Positions 51,889 to 64,000 of a stretch of 64,000 nt of DNA are shown here, piece by piece. The DNA is from Marsupella aquatica. Lineage: Eukaryota > Plantae > Marchantiophyta. The stretch lies in assembly GCA_973895155.1 (NCBI GenBank), contig OZ316892.1:10706283-10770282 (forward strand), given 5' to 3'. Below the pieces are notes generated by a model. It saw only the letters and a program-made list of their open reading frames with translations. It did not search any database and was not told where the DNA came from. The translations under genes were made by a program, and so were the position numbers. The number at the start of each line of letters is the position of its first letter. Position 1 is the stretch's first letter.

Positions 51889-54800
51889 ATGACATCGGGC
51901 GCAGCATCAAGCAGTTCCAATGTCCAAGACATTGCTGACACAACAGGTGCACCGAACATTGAACCCAGCAGAGGTTCCACTCAAGTCTCTTTTGATCTCG
52001 AAGCACTCAAGGATTCTCTCAAGGGTCTATCGTACTCTAAAAGAGAGAAGCTCGATGGAAAGAACAACTACATTGGCTGGAAATTTCGGGCTAAATGGCA
52101 GTTTCGCAAGGACAAAGTCTGGTGGGAGCTGGTCAGCCCTGACAAGTCCAGGAGAGTGCAACTGACGGCCCAAGAGCTGGAAGATAAAAAGGAGAAGGCA
52201 ATCTACGTATCCTCCGTGATGGTAAGAGAACATATATTTCCAGTTGTTAAGAAGTATCAAGATGATCCGGCCGAACTCTGGCTACAGTTGAAGTCTAGGT
52301 TTGAAACTGCTGCTCTGGGAAAGCAACTGATTCTCAAAGAAAAACTATCACGTGTTGCTCTTAGTGAAGGTTCTAATGTCGAACTGTACATTAGAGAGCT
52401 AGAGAATCTTGTAATGCAGCTTGGCGAGATCGACTATGAGATAAAGGATAAGGAGCTGATTCGCATAGCTCTAGCTGGACTCCCAGAGAGCTGGAAGCCA
52501 TTCGCTTCCTCATTTGGTACTCTGCTGCATCAGTTTCCGAACATGACATTCAACGATCTCATTGGCCACTTGGAGGCAGAGGAGTTACAGCGCACGTTCA
52601 TGCGGAAGGAGACCACTGAGGAGGCACTTGTCACCCTCTATAACAATAGAGGAAGCTCCTATCGAGGTCGTGGTCGTGGTCGCAGCAACTATCGTGGCAG
52701 GGGTAGAGCTGCCCCACTCCTTGATTCTAACTCAAAGCGTGAAGATGTCTGCAGTTTCTGTGGATACTTTGGCCATTGGGAGAGCGAGTGCATGAAGAAA
52801 CTTGAGAACCAGATCAAGAGCCTGCAGACTAAACATGCAGAAATCAAGGCACGTAGACAGAAGGGCAAGCATCATGCAAATGTAGCAGAGACTGTTGATC
52901 CTGACACGTTTGATGATTGTGATATAGAAGGTGACATTGAGGTCAACCTTGCCGAACTTCATGACTCACGTAAGCATGAATGGCTTATAGATTCAGGTGC
53001 AAGTGCACATGTTACAGGCAACAGAGCCGTACTTAATCGCATAGTGCCTCACCCTGCTTCCAACGTCACCACTGCATCTGGAGCACGAATCCCCATTGTC
53101 GGGAAAGGCTATACCAAGTTTGGTAATAATAAAGTGGTGAACAAGATTTTGTATGTGCCTGGCATGACCAAAAATCTCCTATCAGTTGGACAACTTGCCG
53201 ACGAGGGTCATCCTGTTCTGTTTGATTCAAGACATTGCTACATTCTCAAGAAAGGGAACCCTAGTAAGATCTTTCTCAGTGGAATTCGTGACCGTCGGAA
53301 TAGCCTGTATCGCTTGGACACTTCACTTCAGGGCAATGCTGCTCTCTGTCCGGAGGCACATCTATCGCTAATTCATGATCATCAAGCACCTGCTACAACA
53401 CACTTGGATCGTTCAAGTGATGGACTGACAGCCAGCGTTAAACCCAGGTCTCTCCTGGAAACCTGGCATCGTCGACTCAGTCATGTCAATTTTCAACGAA
53501 TCTGCAGCATGTCCTCCAAGGATTTGGTTACAGGCATCCCTAAGCTTCTATTTGAGAAGCATATTTGTGACACCTGTGTTCTAGGTAAACAACACAGAGA
53601 GCGTATCCCAAAGAAATCAACAACTCGTACATCACGAATTCTTGAGTTGATCCATACGGATCTTTGTGGTCCCTTTGTTGTACCCTCATTACGAGGCTCT
53701 AAGTATCTACTCACATTCACAGATGACTTCTCTCGATATACTTGGACATATTCCATCGCCACAAAAGATGCTATGTTCTCCACATTCAAGATCTTCCAAG
53801 CTCTAGTTGAACGTGAATTCAATCAGAAGATTTCCTGCATCCGATCAGATCGTGGAGGGGAATACCTATCAAATGAGTTCAATTTGTATTGCGACCAGCA
53901 AGGCATCAAGCGACAGCTCACTGCAGCACGCACACCCCACCAGAATGGAGTGGCAGAGCGAAAGAACAGGACACTTCTTGAAGCAGCACGCAGCATGCAG
54001 ATCGAAGGCAACATCCCTCTCTTCTTGTGGGATGAATTAATTCACACGGCAAATTTCATTCTTAACCGTTGTGAGACATCTTTCCATCCCAACTCTACAC
54101 CATTCTATTATCTCTATGGTTCAAAGCCTGATCTCTCCCATATACGTATTATTGGCTGCTTAGCTTACGTGCATGTCCCTCAAGCTCATCGCCACAAATT
54201 GTCTGCCAAATCAATTCGAACAGCATTGATTGGATATGATGACAAAACCAAAGCCTACCGATGCTTTGATCCTATCAAGCGAAAGATCTTTATTAGTCGT
54301 GATGTTATTTTTAATGAAGAAGTCATGTTTGATTTCAATACCAAGTCTCCTCAACATTCTTTCTCTGCTGACTCCCTACTTGAAGTGCCTCAACCGCACA
54401 TTCATCTGGAAGCCAACATACAGCTACCAGCAGCCACCTCTGATGGGATCGTACCCCTTCCAGACACACCGCATCAAAATCCTGATGCAATCTCTACTAA
54501 TTCCTTAGACTCAAGTGTCCATGAAGAGAATACATGTGGACTTCCTAGAGTCCCCACAAATAGTCACGATACTGGTAGTACCCAAGAGCTTGATCTCCCA
54601 ACTGCTCCAGAGCCACCACTAAGAAGGTCCAACAGAACCAGCAGAGAACTTCCAGTTCGTCTTCGTGAAGACTACGTCGTTTCCTTTCGACCTAGCAATC
54701 CTGATGTCTGTCTTGTGGAGACTTCAGAACTGGTTGACGACACCATCACTTTTGAACAGGCAATGTCAGATCCAGCATGGTATTCTGCTATGACAGAGGA

Positions 54801-56360
54801 ATTCAAGTCTTTACTTGAAAACGACACATGGGAACTCACTTCATTGCCTCCTGGCAAAAAGGCTATCTCTTGTCGTTGGCTATATAGAGTAAAAGAAGAA
54901 TTAAGTCCTACTCGAAAGCGTCTCAAAGCTCGATTGGTGGCCAGGGGACTGGAGCAAAAACACGGTATTGATTTTGAGGACACCTTTGCACCAGTAGTCA
55001 AGTGGTCCACTCTCCGTCTCATCATTGCTCTAGCAGCTGCACTTGGATGGAAACTTCATCACATGGACGTCATTACCGCTTTTCTTAATGGAAAGTTGAA
55101 GGAACTCATCTACATGACTCAGCCCCCGGGTTTTGCTACTCCAGGATCAGAGCACCTTGTCTGCAGGTTAAACCGCTCAATTTATGGCCTCAAACAGTCT
55201 CCTCGTGCCTGGTACGAGGAGGTGGATGCTTTCTTGAGAGAAAATGGATGGACCCGAAGTGCTGCAGATCATAACCTCTATTTTATCAACGATAATGGCA
55301 AGATTGTCTTGCTTCTGCTATTTGTGGATGACCTCCTAATAACTGGAAATGATCCAGCGAGAATTGCTGAAGTGAAGGCCAGTCTGAGCGCTAAGTACAA
55401 GATGAAGGATCTTGGTGAGACTACCAAGTACCTTGGCATTCAATTCGCTCAAGCTTCAACCGGCATCTTCATCCATCAACAGTCATACTGTGAACAATTG
55501 CTCAAAGAGTTCAACATGGAGGATTGCAAAATGGCAACCGTGCCTTTGCCCGATGGCCTTGAGCTCCTCTCTGAGACATCTACTCCTGACGTAGATGTGA
55601 CATATTATTGCAAAATCGTTGGTAAGCTCATCTACCTTACTAACACTCGCCCTGACTTAGCATATGCAGTAGGCATGTTAAGCAGATTCATGAGTCGCCC
55701 CCAGCAACGTCACCTTGATGCTGCCCGACATGTCCTCAGATACATCAAGCTCACTATGGATTATGGATTATTTTATCCTCGATCTGCTGAGCTGTGTTTG
55801 GAAGGATACACAGATTCTGATCATGCTGCTTGCAAGGATACTCGTCGATCCATTGGGGCATACCTATTCAAGTTTGCAAATGGGACAGTCACATGGTCTA
55901 GCAAACGTCAATCCACAGTCTCTCAAAGTACCACTGAAGCCGATATCGGGCATTATCAGAAGGAGCAAGAGAAGGGGTATTTCTTCGTCGACTGTTGCTT
56001 GAGCTCAAGTTCATTCCCACAGTATGTGCTGTACTAAACTGCCAAAACGAGGAAGCCTTGTCACATCTCTCAAATGCAGAGACACCTACTGGACAGGACA
56101 TCCATCTCAACTTGCATTGTGACAACCAGGGATCCATCAATCTGGCCAAGAACCCGATCTTTCATGCAAGGACCAAGCATATTGAGCTGCAACACCACTT
56201 TATTCGTGAACGCTTGCTGGAAGGGGAAGTAAAATTACATTACATTCCCACTGCCCTGCAACAGGCCGACATCTTGACCAAATCTCTGCCCCGGTGGAAA
56301 TTCGAACAGCATCGAGACTCTATTGGGCTCAAGTCTCTCAGAGATATCAATTCACTGTAG
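51889..56360 (+). pseudogene. Copia gag-pol polyprotein with a single frameshift in RNase H
   Basis: Zinc knuckle CSFCGYFGHWESEC, protease WLIDSGAS, integrase HTDLCGP/IRSDRGGEY/NGVAERKNR, RT LFVDD. The RNase H motif STTEA(E)YRAL is broken by a 1-bp deletion near 55942 and continues CDNQGSI...TKHIE...ADILTK to TAG 56360. Confidence 0.93.
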
Positions 56361-56445
56361 ATATGTCCTTTGTGCTGCACCTACCTGTTTACATGTGCAT
56401 CCGGGTCGCCCTCTCCAATATTGAATTGTACATCAGTTAAATCTC

Positions 56446-56699
56446 GGGCGAGGAGGGGTGTTGGAATTGTTTGTATGCTACGTCCGAGTTCTGCTGGGCT
56501 ACGCTGTGCATCTTAGTTAGTATGTATATACGGTGCACCTGTTGCCAGCATCAGATTTAGGGCAATCCCATTAACGGTTTGATTAGGACTAGGCTGTATA
56601 GTGCGCCGAGTTTCCACGGCTGATTCTTCCCTTGCCACTTAAGGGACCCACTGTTGATTCTCAATTCATTCAGTCAGTAAACTCATTTACATTTCTTCA
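56446..56699 (+). repeat. Polypurine tract (56446-56458) and Copia 3' LTR (56459-56699)
   Basis: gggcgaggagggg directly precedes TGTTGGAATT. Confidence 0.95.
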
Positions 56700-57689
56700 A
56701 GGATAAGGTGAGACCCTCAACTCCAACGATAAGGTCGATCGTTGGAAAAATTGAGTAAAGAGTCACAACACATTCTTGCAACCTCAAAAGAGGATAAGCA
56801 ATCTCCATTAGTGCAATCCTGCACCGTTTGGTTTGTACATCTCAGCTGATCAAAAGTTGTTCTTAGTGGCTGTTTCTCCTCACACTCAAATCGAGAGAGA
56901 GCCCACGGCTTCGCCGCGGCCAGAAGAGATATAGTGCAGCATGTATTTATGGGTACCTGACACAACCCAGCAACCGGTGGCGTTTCTCTTCTAATGCTTG
57001 AGAAAAATGGTTTCTGAAAGGTACAATTCCTGGACGAGCTTCCTCATTCCAGCACCGACAGCTTTAACAAGTAGAATGACCTTTGAATTCCTCTAAATTT
57101 CACATTACCTATGGCCGCATATTTCTGGCCAAGACCGGGATTTTTCTACGACATTTTGGAAACATCATTTTATACTACCGCTTGTGTTATCTTGCAAGCT
57201 TGGATTGAGTACCACTCGTCTAAGACGGAAACTAGGCAAAGTGTTACTAGGAAGGACGGTGGACCAACTCCTTTGGTTTTTCAACGATTATCCGTAGGAC
57301 ACGGGAATCGCAGTCCACTAAGGCTATAAAAATGCAGCTGTGAGCTTCACAACTGCCAAAGCCATGGAAAGTCGTAGTGCAAAAGAATTAAGATTGCTGC
57401 AAGAAAACAGAAACTGTTAGCTCCACACGATCTCCGATCATACTCTCTAAAGGCAATCTCCTAGGTTCATCCTCTACACAGATGAATTCACATAACTTGA
57501 TGCTGAGTCAAGTAGGAGGTTTCTCTGAAAACAGGTATGGTCTGGAATTATGTGTTACTCTGCTGTCATACAAGTCTCAAACAATTCAAGCAATACCATA
57601 ATACAAGTTAACAATACGACAGCAAGACTCAATAGCGATGAAAAGATCAGATTGAAGACAATTTTCTGCCTCGTACTTCAGAAGTCCAC

Positions 57690-59868
57690 TCACAGCAATA
57701 GAGTCCCAGCCGTGGATGGAGCTGGCAGAATTGGAGCCTGAGCTGGACCGAAGAATGAGGCAGGGTAGTGCAGACCTGGATTTCCCTCAAAGCTGATTTG
57801 ACAAAGGAACACATTGCATCAGACAAAATGCATCAATTCTCTCTAAGTCGAATTCGATTCTGCTATTCATTATCAGTTATCAGGAGTCATAAGCGTGTTG
57901 CGCATCCTAATCAAGTATTCTATATGAACTCGGGTACGTACAGAAGTCAAGATAGGGCAAGGGAGTAACATAAGTTACAACCATAATGAATCCCAGCCAA
58001 CATCCAGGTAGAAGCAAAGGCTAGAGGAGTACCTCCGTTGAGGAAATTTGGTAAACACGCCCGTCACTGGAATATCACCGGTCAAATTGTTGTTTGATAG
58101 GTCACTACAGAGTTTTCAATGAGTGTGACATCAGTTAATATAGCCAAGGTAAACGGAAACGCAGGGTCTGCGATAATTGCTGAGGATGTACTTGCTTTCA
58201 AAAATTCGCGTTGCTGAACAGATGAAACGAGCAGTATATTGTTGGCAAAAGTTTATATTGAACCCAATCTTTTGAGATGTGTGAAGAATGATATATGAAG
58301 GGTTCATAATCTTACAGCACTTGCAGGTTGTCCAAGCCAGTGAGTGACCCTGGTATTGCGCCAGTAAGATGATTTCTGTTTAATTGGCTGTCCACCCAGA
58401 CGCCACAGACGACAATGAGCATGGTACAAACAAGCGGAACAGCTTCTCTAGTATATAAACCCAACCGAGCCACCTCCCTACGAAATTGTGCTTTCACCAA
58501 AATGATTACTACGTCATCCAATTTCAATTACATCTTAGATAGGTAAAAGCCGACAAGACAAAAGAATCGTCCCCTGGAAAACACCGTGCAACACCAAACA
58601 TCAAAACAGCATGAGAACTTGGGTCGGCCGGAATGAATTACAGAGAGCTAAGCTGTGAAAGGTTGCCCAACTCTGCAGGAATCTCCCCAGTGAAATTATT
58701 TTCAGATACCTCCAATCTAATAAGTTCTGTGAGGTTTCCAAGGCTACGTGGAATCGCTCCGCCTAAGCTGTTATTATACATTTCCCTGGAAGGACAGTAA
58801 CTAGGATCAGATCTCTCAGTTAATGATTTCTGTCGGTTAAATTATAACCATTATCCCAAATCTCAAAGAATAAAAGATTCACTACCTAAGCACCTGATTA
58901 CGTAAAAGACATGGATGGAGAGCAATTCATCGACCTCACACGAAAATAATTGATGTACTCGAGCTCACCAGACACTGTAGGAAAACTTACAGGTATTGCA
59001 GTTGTGACAGCTGACCAAGGTCAGACACTAACTGGCCGGATAACCCGCCGCTCTGTAGGTCGCTGAAGGGCAAAAATCAAATGAAACGTCAAGACTGTGT
59101 TGCCAACCCTTACTCAGACTAAGCAGTGAAAGCATACGAAAATCACTCAAATTTGGAGGAAACGAGACTTGTACTCACACTCTAATTACGAGATTGTCGA
59201 GGTTGCAAGTGATGTAGAGCCACGTGCATGGATTTACCAAGGATATATCCCAGGATCCTAACAATTGATTCGGATCAATTAAAGCCATGCGTAGGGCGTG
59301 CAGCGCATCGACTGCGTTTCACAAAATGTGAGAGAGAGCTTCGAAGCACGACCCAATGAGAGAAACGATGCTGACTGATTGGAATTATTGAGACTTCATA
59401 CGAGTTCTGACCTCCAAGGAACAGTCATTGAGAGAGGTTGTGACAGGCAGCGAATTAACGACTCATCTCTTCTAGTCTGTTAATGCAACACACTCAATGT
59501 AGAAAAGGAGTGAACTCTCTATGCAATTGCGTAAAATTAGCACTACTCTAGGGCCTACGACAATCACAGTGTGTGACCCAGTCTTGGAGTTCTGCAGATA
59601 TAAATTGATTGCCGTCACCAACTCCCCACTCGACTAATTCGTTTCGTGGGCATTCTAAGCTCAATTGGATATTCTCACTCGGCAATTATTGGATTTTATT
59701 GTGTCTGTCCTACCTTGAAAGTTCAATGTTCATCTAGCATTGTATGTCCCGTTCCATACCTTCCAAATTAGCCACAGCAGTCCACGGTACAGCAGCCAGA
59801 AGCATCAAACACCAAGACGCTTGGATAGCAGTGGCACCAGTCCAAATGGCTTGGTGTCGGGATCCCAT
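57690..59868 (-). CDS. Secreted SERK-ectodomain-like LRR protein, copy B, 234 aa
   Basis: Exons 59760-59868, 59179-59311, 58991-59062, 58642-58785, 58316-58387, 58033-58104, 57690-57792. GT-AG introns, same phases as copy A, no stops. Confidence 0.9.
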
Positions 59869-62331
59869 TTCGCAAGCTCAGTGTCTACAGAGAGAGATTG
59901 AAAGCCTCAAGCTAGCTAGACTTCTGGAATCTACCTCGTAAACGTTTATGAGTATGTGTCCATCCACTTCGAGCAGCAAGGAATGCAGCACAAGAGTGGC
60001 ACCCACACAAATCAAACGTAGAGGAGCAATGCAATCGAATGCGTAGAAGAGTGTTGGTGATGTCTATATACTTTGAGCAGCAAGGAATGCTGCAGAAGAG
60101 TCTCTCCAACACAAGTCAAAAGTGGAGGCACAATGCTAACGGTCCTGCCTTCTGGTGGTCGAGCTGACGCTCACTTCTTACTTACTGTCGCTCGATTATA
60201 AATACCACAGCCAAAACAACAAAAGGAGCACAACCGGGAGACACGATCCCCAGGCAAGAGACCCAATGAAAGGAGCGAAAACAAGGGAACACCAGGAGGA
60301 CCAGGAGGACCAGGGACCAGAAAGCCCGAGAGTCCACAGCGAGAGTGCACCACGATCCATTTCCTCCGGGAATCTGTTACGCCCTCTCACTTAAACCACA
60401 GTGGTTCTTTTAATTAACAAAGCTCAGATTACTTCGAATACTTCGAAACTGAACTCGAATCGATTCAATTATTGGGTTGAGTGTGCAACCCCTCTGGCTC
60501 CACCAACCTGACGTCATTTGTCACCTTGTCCTAGTGCTGCACTCACCTCAGTGGATTGTCGTCTTCTCTAGTTTGGCTTATCTCTCTTTCTACCTTTGGA
60601 TTTAGGGCTCCATCTCATTCAGTAGATCTAGCCTGGCTGAGGGTCTCTCCTGCGGCGCTCTCAGGTGCGGCTCACTGGCATCGAATTCCCGCTCTTCCTC
60701 AGCAGTTTAGTGACAAGTTGTGTCTCGAGAAACGTCATTATAGGCTTTTGGTGTCACCAAATGTGTCCCGAGAGTGAGAAAGTTAAAGGTTACTTTATCA
60801 GACTCCTCCTCGCTCTTGAGTCGTCAATGTACAGTGAGGATGACCTCGTTTCAAGTTAGCTTTTAGCTTTCTGAGCATCCACAAGCTGTTTCGCAGTACC
60901 CGGTATTTCTGCGATGATCTGCTTCAGATTTGACGCCAGCTCTCGAATCCTCTGAATCTACAGTGCATCATTTTGCATATGCTTGACACTCTTCAAGCGT
61001 TGTTTACAGTAGGTGTTATAATTAACGAAAGCAAGCCGCACATCGAAACAATGGCTGCGAAGACAATGAAAATAATACTTCTCTTCAATCTTCAAAGACT
61101 CAACGTCCCAAAATCTGGTCAAAAAGGGAATCCAAGTAGTGGGGACAGCTAGAACCCATCTGCACAAAGAGTGGACTGCTTTTGAGCACAGAAATTTTTG
61201 ACCGCCGCCTCGAATGATCACAGCAGCCAAAGTCGGCTCGTGCTACGTACACACTCCGTAAGTGCAAACCCTGGCTAAGTGGACGAAGTCCCGTTCTTCT
61301 ATGTTTTTCCCTACCGCACTTTTATTGCAGTTTTTGTTTTTTTGGCCTTGAAAGCCGAAAGCTGGGCCACCCAACAAGAGGATAGACGTCCTGATCCAGA
61401 GCATACAATTTGATGTGGGGGACAATTCCCAAGGATCCAACAGGGATCCAGACCTAGAGGGAGGGAGAGGGATAACTTGGGCCCCAAAACTGGCTGAGAA
61501 GAAACCATTACTCCCACCATTACACCCCACCCACATAACAAGCACTTTTCTTGTAATTTGGTATGTCTTAGCTGCACTCTAAGGACAAATATGTACTAAT
61601 AGTTATATGTTGATTTTAATATAATCCAATTTTGCCCCCAATTTTTATATGAACACCTATGGGTGTAACACGTGCACATAATATATAGTTACTCCTTAAG
61701 TGTTTATGAACACTTATGGATGTAGATATGTGCGCTTAAATATTTACTCTATAGATGTTCATATAATCTCATCATTACTCTGGCGATTCCATTGACTTAC
61801 ACTGATTGATAAGTGCATGTCATTTTGGAGTAGAGTAATAATAATTGCACTTATGAGGTGATCATGTTGAGGGCAGGGGTCATCTATAATTTACTAAGGA
61901 TTGAAGTCATGAGAATGTGGACCTACATAGGGCCCATATGCTGAGCACTGTACACTCTTTATCAATAAATGGGAACTCCAAGGTTTTGCACTCATGACAT
62001 AGTGTAACCCCCAATCAAGTGCATGTTGGGTGCTTCTTCCTGAAACTGTGCACTTAGAGAGAGGCAGCCATACTTTTGGAAAATCCTTTTGTTACAAGTT
62101 TTGTCACAAACAGGGAGTCTCAAAGCTTCATAGTTGCAGATGATGGCTTCTGGCCATAAACAAATGGCCACAGATGTTTCAGAGGGTTATTTAAAAGTTT
62201 GTTTTTTTCTCTAGCCTCTACAATGCCTTATAGTCATGGCAATGACCAACCTTTACGGCAAAAAGAAACGGATTATGAATTCGACAGTTTATAATGTTTT
62301 CTATCTGTAACCTTGATTACTAAGTTAAGGT

Positions 62332-63665
62332 CCAGAAAAAGATTGATGGGGCCCCTTCAGGGAAAGCAAACCCCAATGAGGCCCCAACTTTGAAAAAAGA
62401 CTACCTGGGGCCCCCTTTCCGGGTTACCCCTGCTCATCAAGGGTGATCATCCAACAGAGGACACCCTACTATCAGGTATTCTCCAATCAACCTCTTGATA
62501 TCATATTACTGAGGGATGCTTCTACCTGCATTGCAAATTGGAGCAAACAATAGTGCGATGTAATGTAAATCAATTTCATACTAAGATTGGACAACAAGTC
62601 AACTATAATTTTGGTCATTACCTTCATATCAGAATTTCCCACGGTCTGAGGTTTGGAATGTCCTTTGGAATATCTTTCCAGGACCGGAGTGATGTCGCCC
62701 TTCTGCATTTCAGGTATTGGAAAAAAGCTTCAATCCCCATTCGGCAATGCAAAATCCACATCAAATTCTCCTGTTGTCCATGCCCAGTCAGGCCAAGTGT
62801 CCATACCATTGTCCATTGCCTAAAGAAAATGCTCAATATAGTAAAACAACATTGCAACAATTTGTCCCAGCAGGTCACCCTTGTGTATTGCAAATAAACC
62901 CAACCTTACGCGAAAATGTCACGTTCCACGTTAGCATAAAGAAAACCAATGCATCACACAAAGCAGTCAGAGTTTGTAATCCTCATACAAAAACAATAAT
63001 GGAACTTTGCAAAGTAGATTGCATCTTGTGAACTTTAGTCAATCAAAACGACAGGAAGGTGGGCAATGGCAGCCTACATTACAATGGACGGGGCAGTAGA
63101 GCTCAATGTACCTTGTAGTCTTCAGTGACAACAATAGTGGAATTGCAGCGTTTGTATTCCACTCTCATGAGGGCAATTGTTTGCACACTTGAGCCTGTGC
63201 TCTCAAATTGTCAGGTTGTACTTTGGGGCTCCCCACCACTATGCATTGGTCAGATATATTGCACTTTGGGGCAACAAAGCACAAACAAACCCTTTGTTGT
63301 GCTTGCTTGATTAGGAGAAAGGTGGGAAATTGCATTAACAATGTTGTTGGAGTGCTTGCACACTTGAGTTTATAGTGTCAGGTTGACTGGGCATCTGGCA
63401 CAGTTTACCATGTTGGATGGAGTTGGGAGTGTGGGCATTTGGCACGGTTTACCATGTTGGATGGAGTTGGGAGTGTCAGGTTGACTGGGCATCTGGCATG
63501 GTTTACCATGTTGGATGGAGTTGGGAATAATAGTGACCACCAGTGATGAGTAGGGGTGAAGGGGGGGGGGGGGTGGCGGGAAGGGGGGCCAAGAAGTCCA
63601 TTTCCTAAGTTGGGGCCTCATGAGGGGTTTATTTCCCAGGAGGGGCCCCATCAAGTAGTTTTCTC
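62332..63665. mobile_element. Non-autonomous Mutator-like element (MULE), ~1.3 kb
   Basis: ~80-bp imperfect TIRs (agaaaa..ttgatggggcccct...tgaggccccaactt... and its inverse at 63583-63664). 9-bp TSD AGTTAAGGT at 62323-62331 and 63666-63674. Confidence 0.75.
63376..63530 (+). repeat. Short tandem repeats (~45-55 bp, about 3 copies) within the MULE
   Basis: gggcat.tggca.ggtttaccatgttggatggagttgggag recurs three times. Confidence 0.8.
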
Positions 63666-64000
63666 AGTTAAGGTTTGTCAAATTTTGAGTTTGAGACCTC
63701 TTTTGTTGATCTTCATGGAGGTTACTAAGTCACTGGAAGACTCTTCATGATGAGTGTTAGTGATCTATCTTCATTGAGGTTACAAAGTCATTGGAAGACT
63801 GTTCAAGATGAATGTTGTTGATCAGATCAAAGCGCTCTTGGAACTTCTAACCTTTGGTTATCTATATGCCTGGGAGACTTCATTGTAACAGTGTTGATTA
63901 TACTGTTTTTGGTAAGAATTTGATCCACACTTAAATTACTGTTACTCTAGCTAACAGCTACTTTATGCCCTCTGGATTTTTAGGGCCTTATTATCGAAGC

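Larger units (their letters stand above)
51545..56699 (+). mobile_element. Full-length Ty1/Copia LTR retrotransposon (young)
   Basis: 241-bp LTRs (TG...CA) differing at 3 transitions. TSD AGGAT at 51540-51544 and 56700-56704. PBS and PPT present. Confidence 0.97.

Overview
Plant nuclear DNA, probably a non-seed plant/bryophyte (inferred from gene structure and TE families). Two intact paralogous 7-exon genes on the minus strand (369-2638 and 57690-59868) encode secreted SERK-ectodomain-like LRR proteins with no TM or kinase domain. Between them lies ~54 kb of nested transposons. An old CRE/RLE-type non-LTR element was hit by a CACTA element (left TIR at 7728, ~570-bp satellite inside). A full-length L1 LINE then inserted into that CACTA (8403-36583, 17-bp TSD). 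The L1 was in turn split by a complete 16.8-kb CACTA element (9709-26508, TSD ACT) and by a 4.2-kb solo-LTR-like insert with its own ORF (30522-34703, TSD GTAAG). Also present: a young Ty1/Copia (51545-56699), a Tc1/mariner-type MITE and a non-autonomous MULE. Main highlight: besides TnpD- and TnpA-like genes, the inner CACTA carries three intact, co-oriented cargo ORFs. These are a stand-alone EDM2-type composite PHD finger, a tandem DNA-polymerase-lambda-type BRCT protein and a Cys/His-rich ORF; a decayed RPL18a exon lies nearby on the opposite strand. This suggests a transposon-encoded chromatin-reader/DNA-repair accessory module. All homology calls are by-eye motif recognition; no searches were run.
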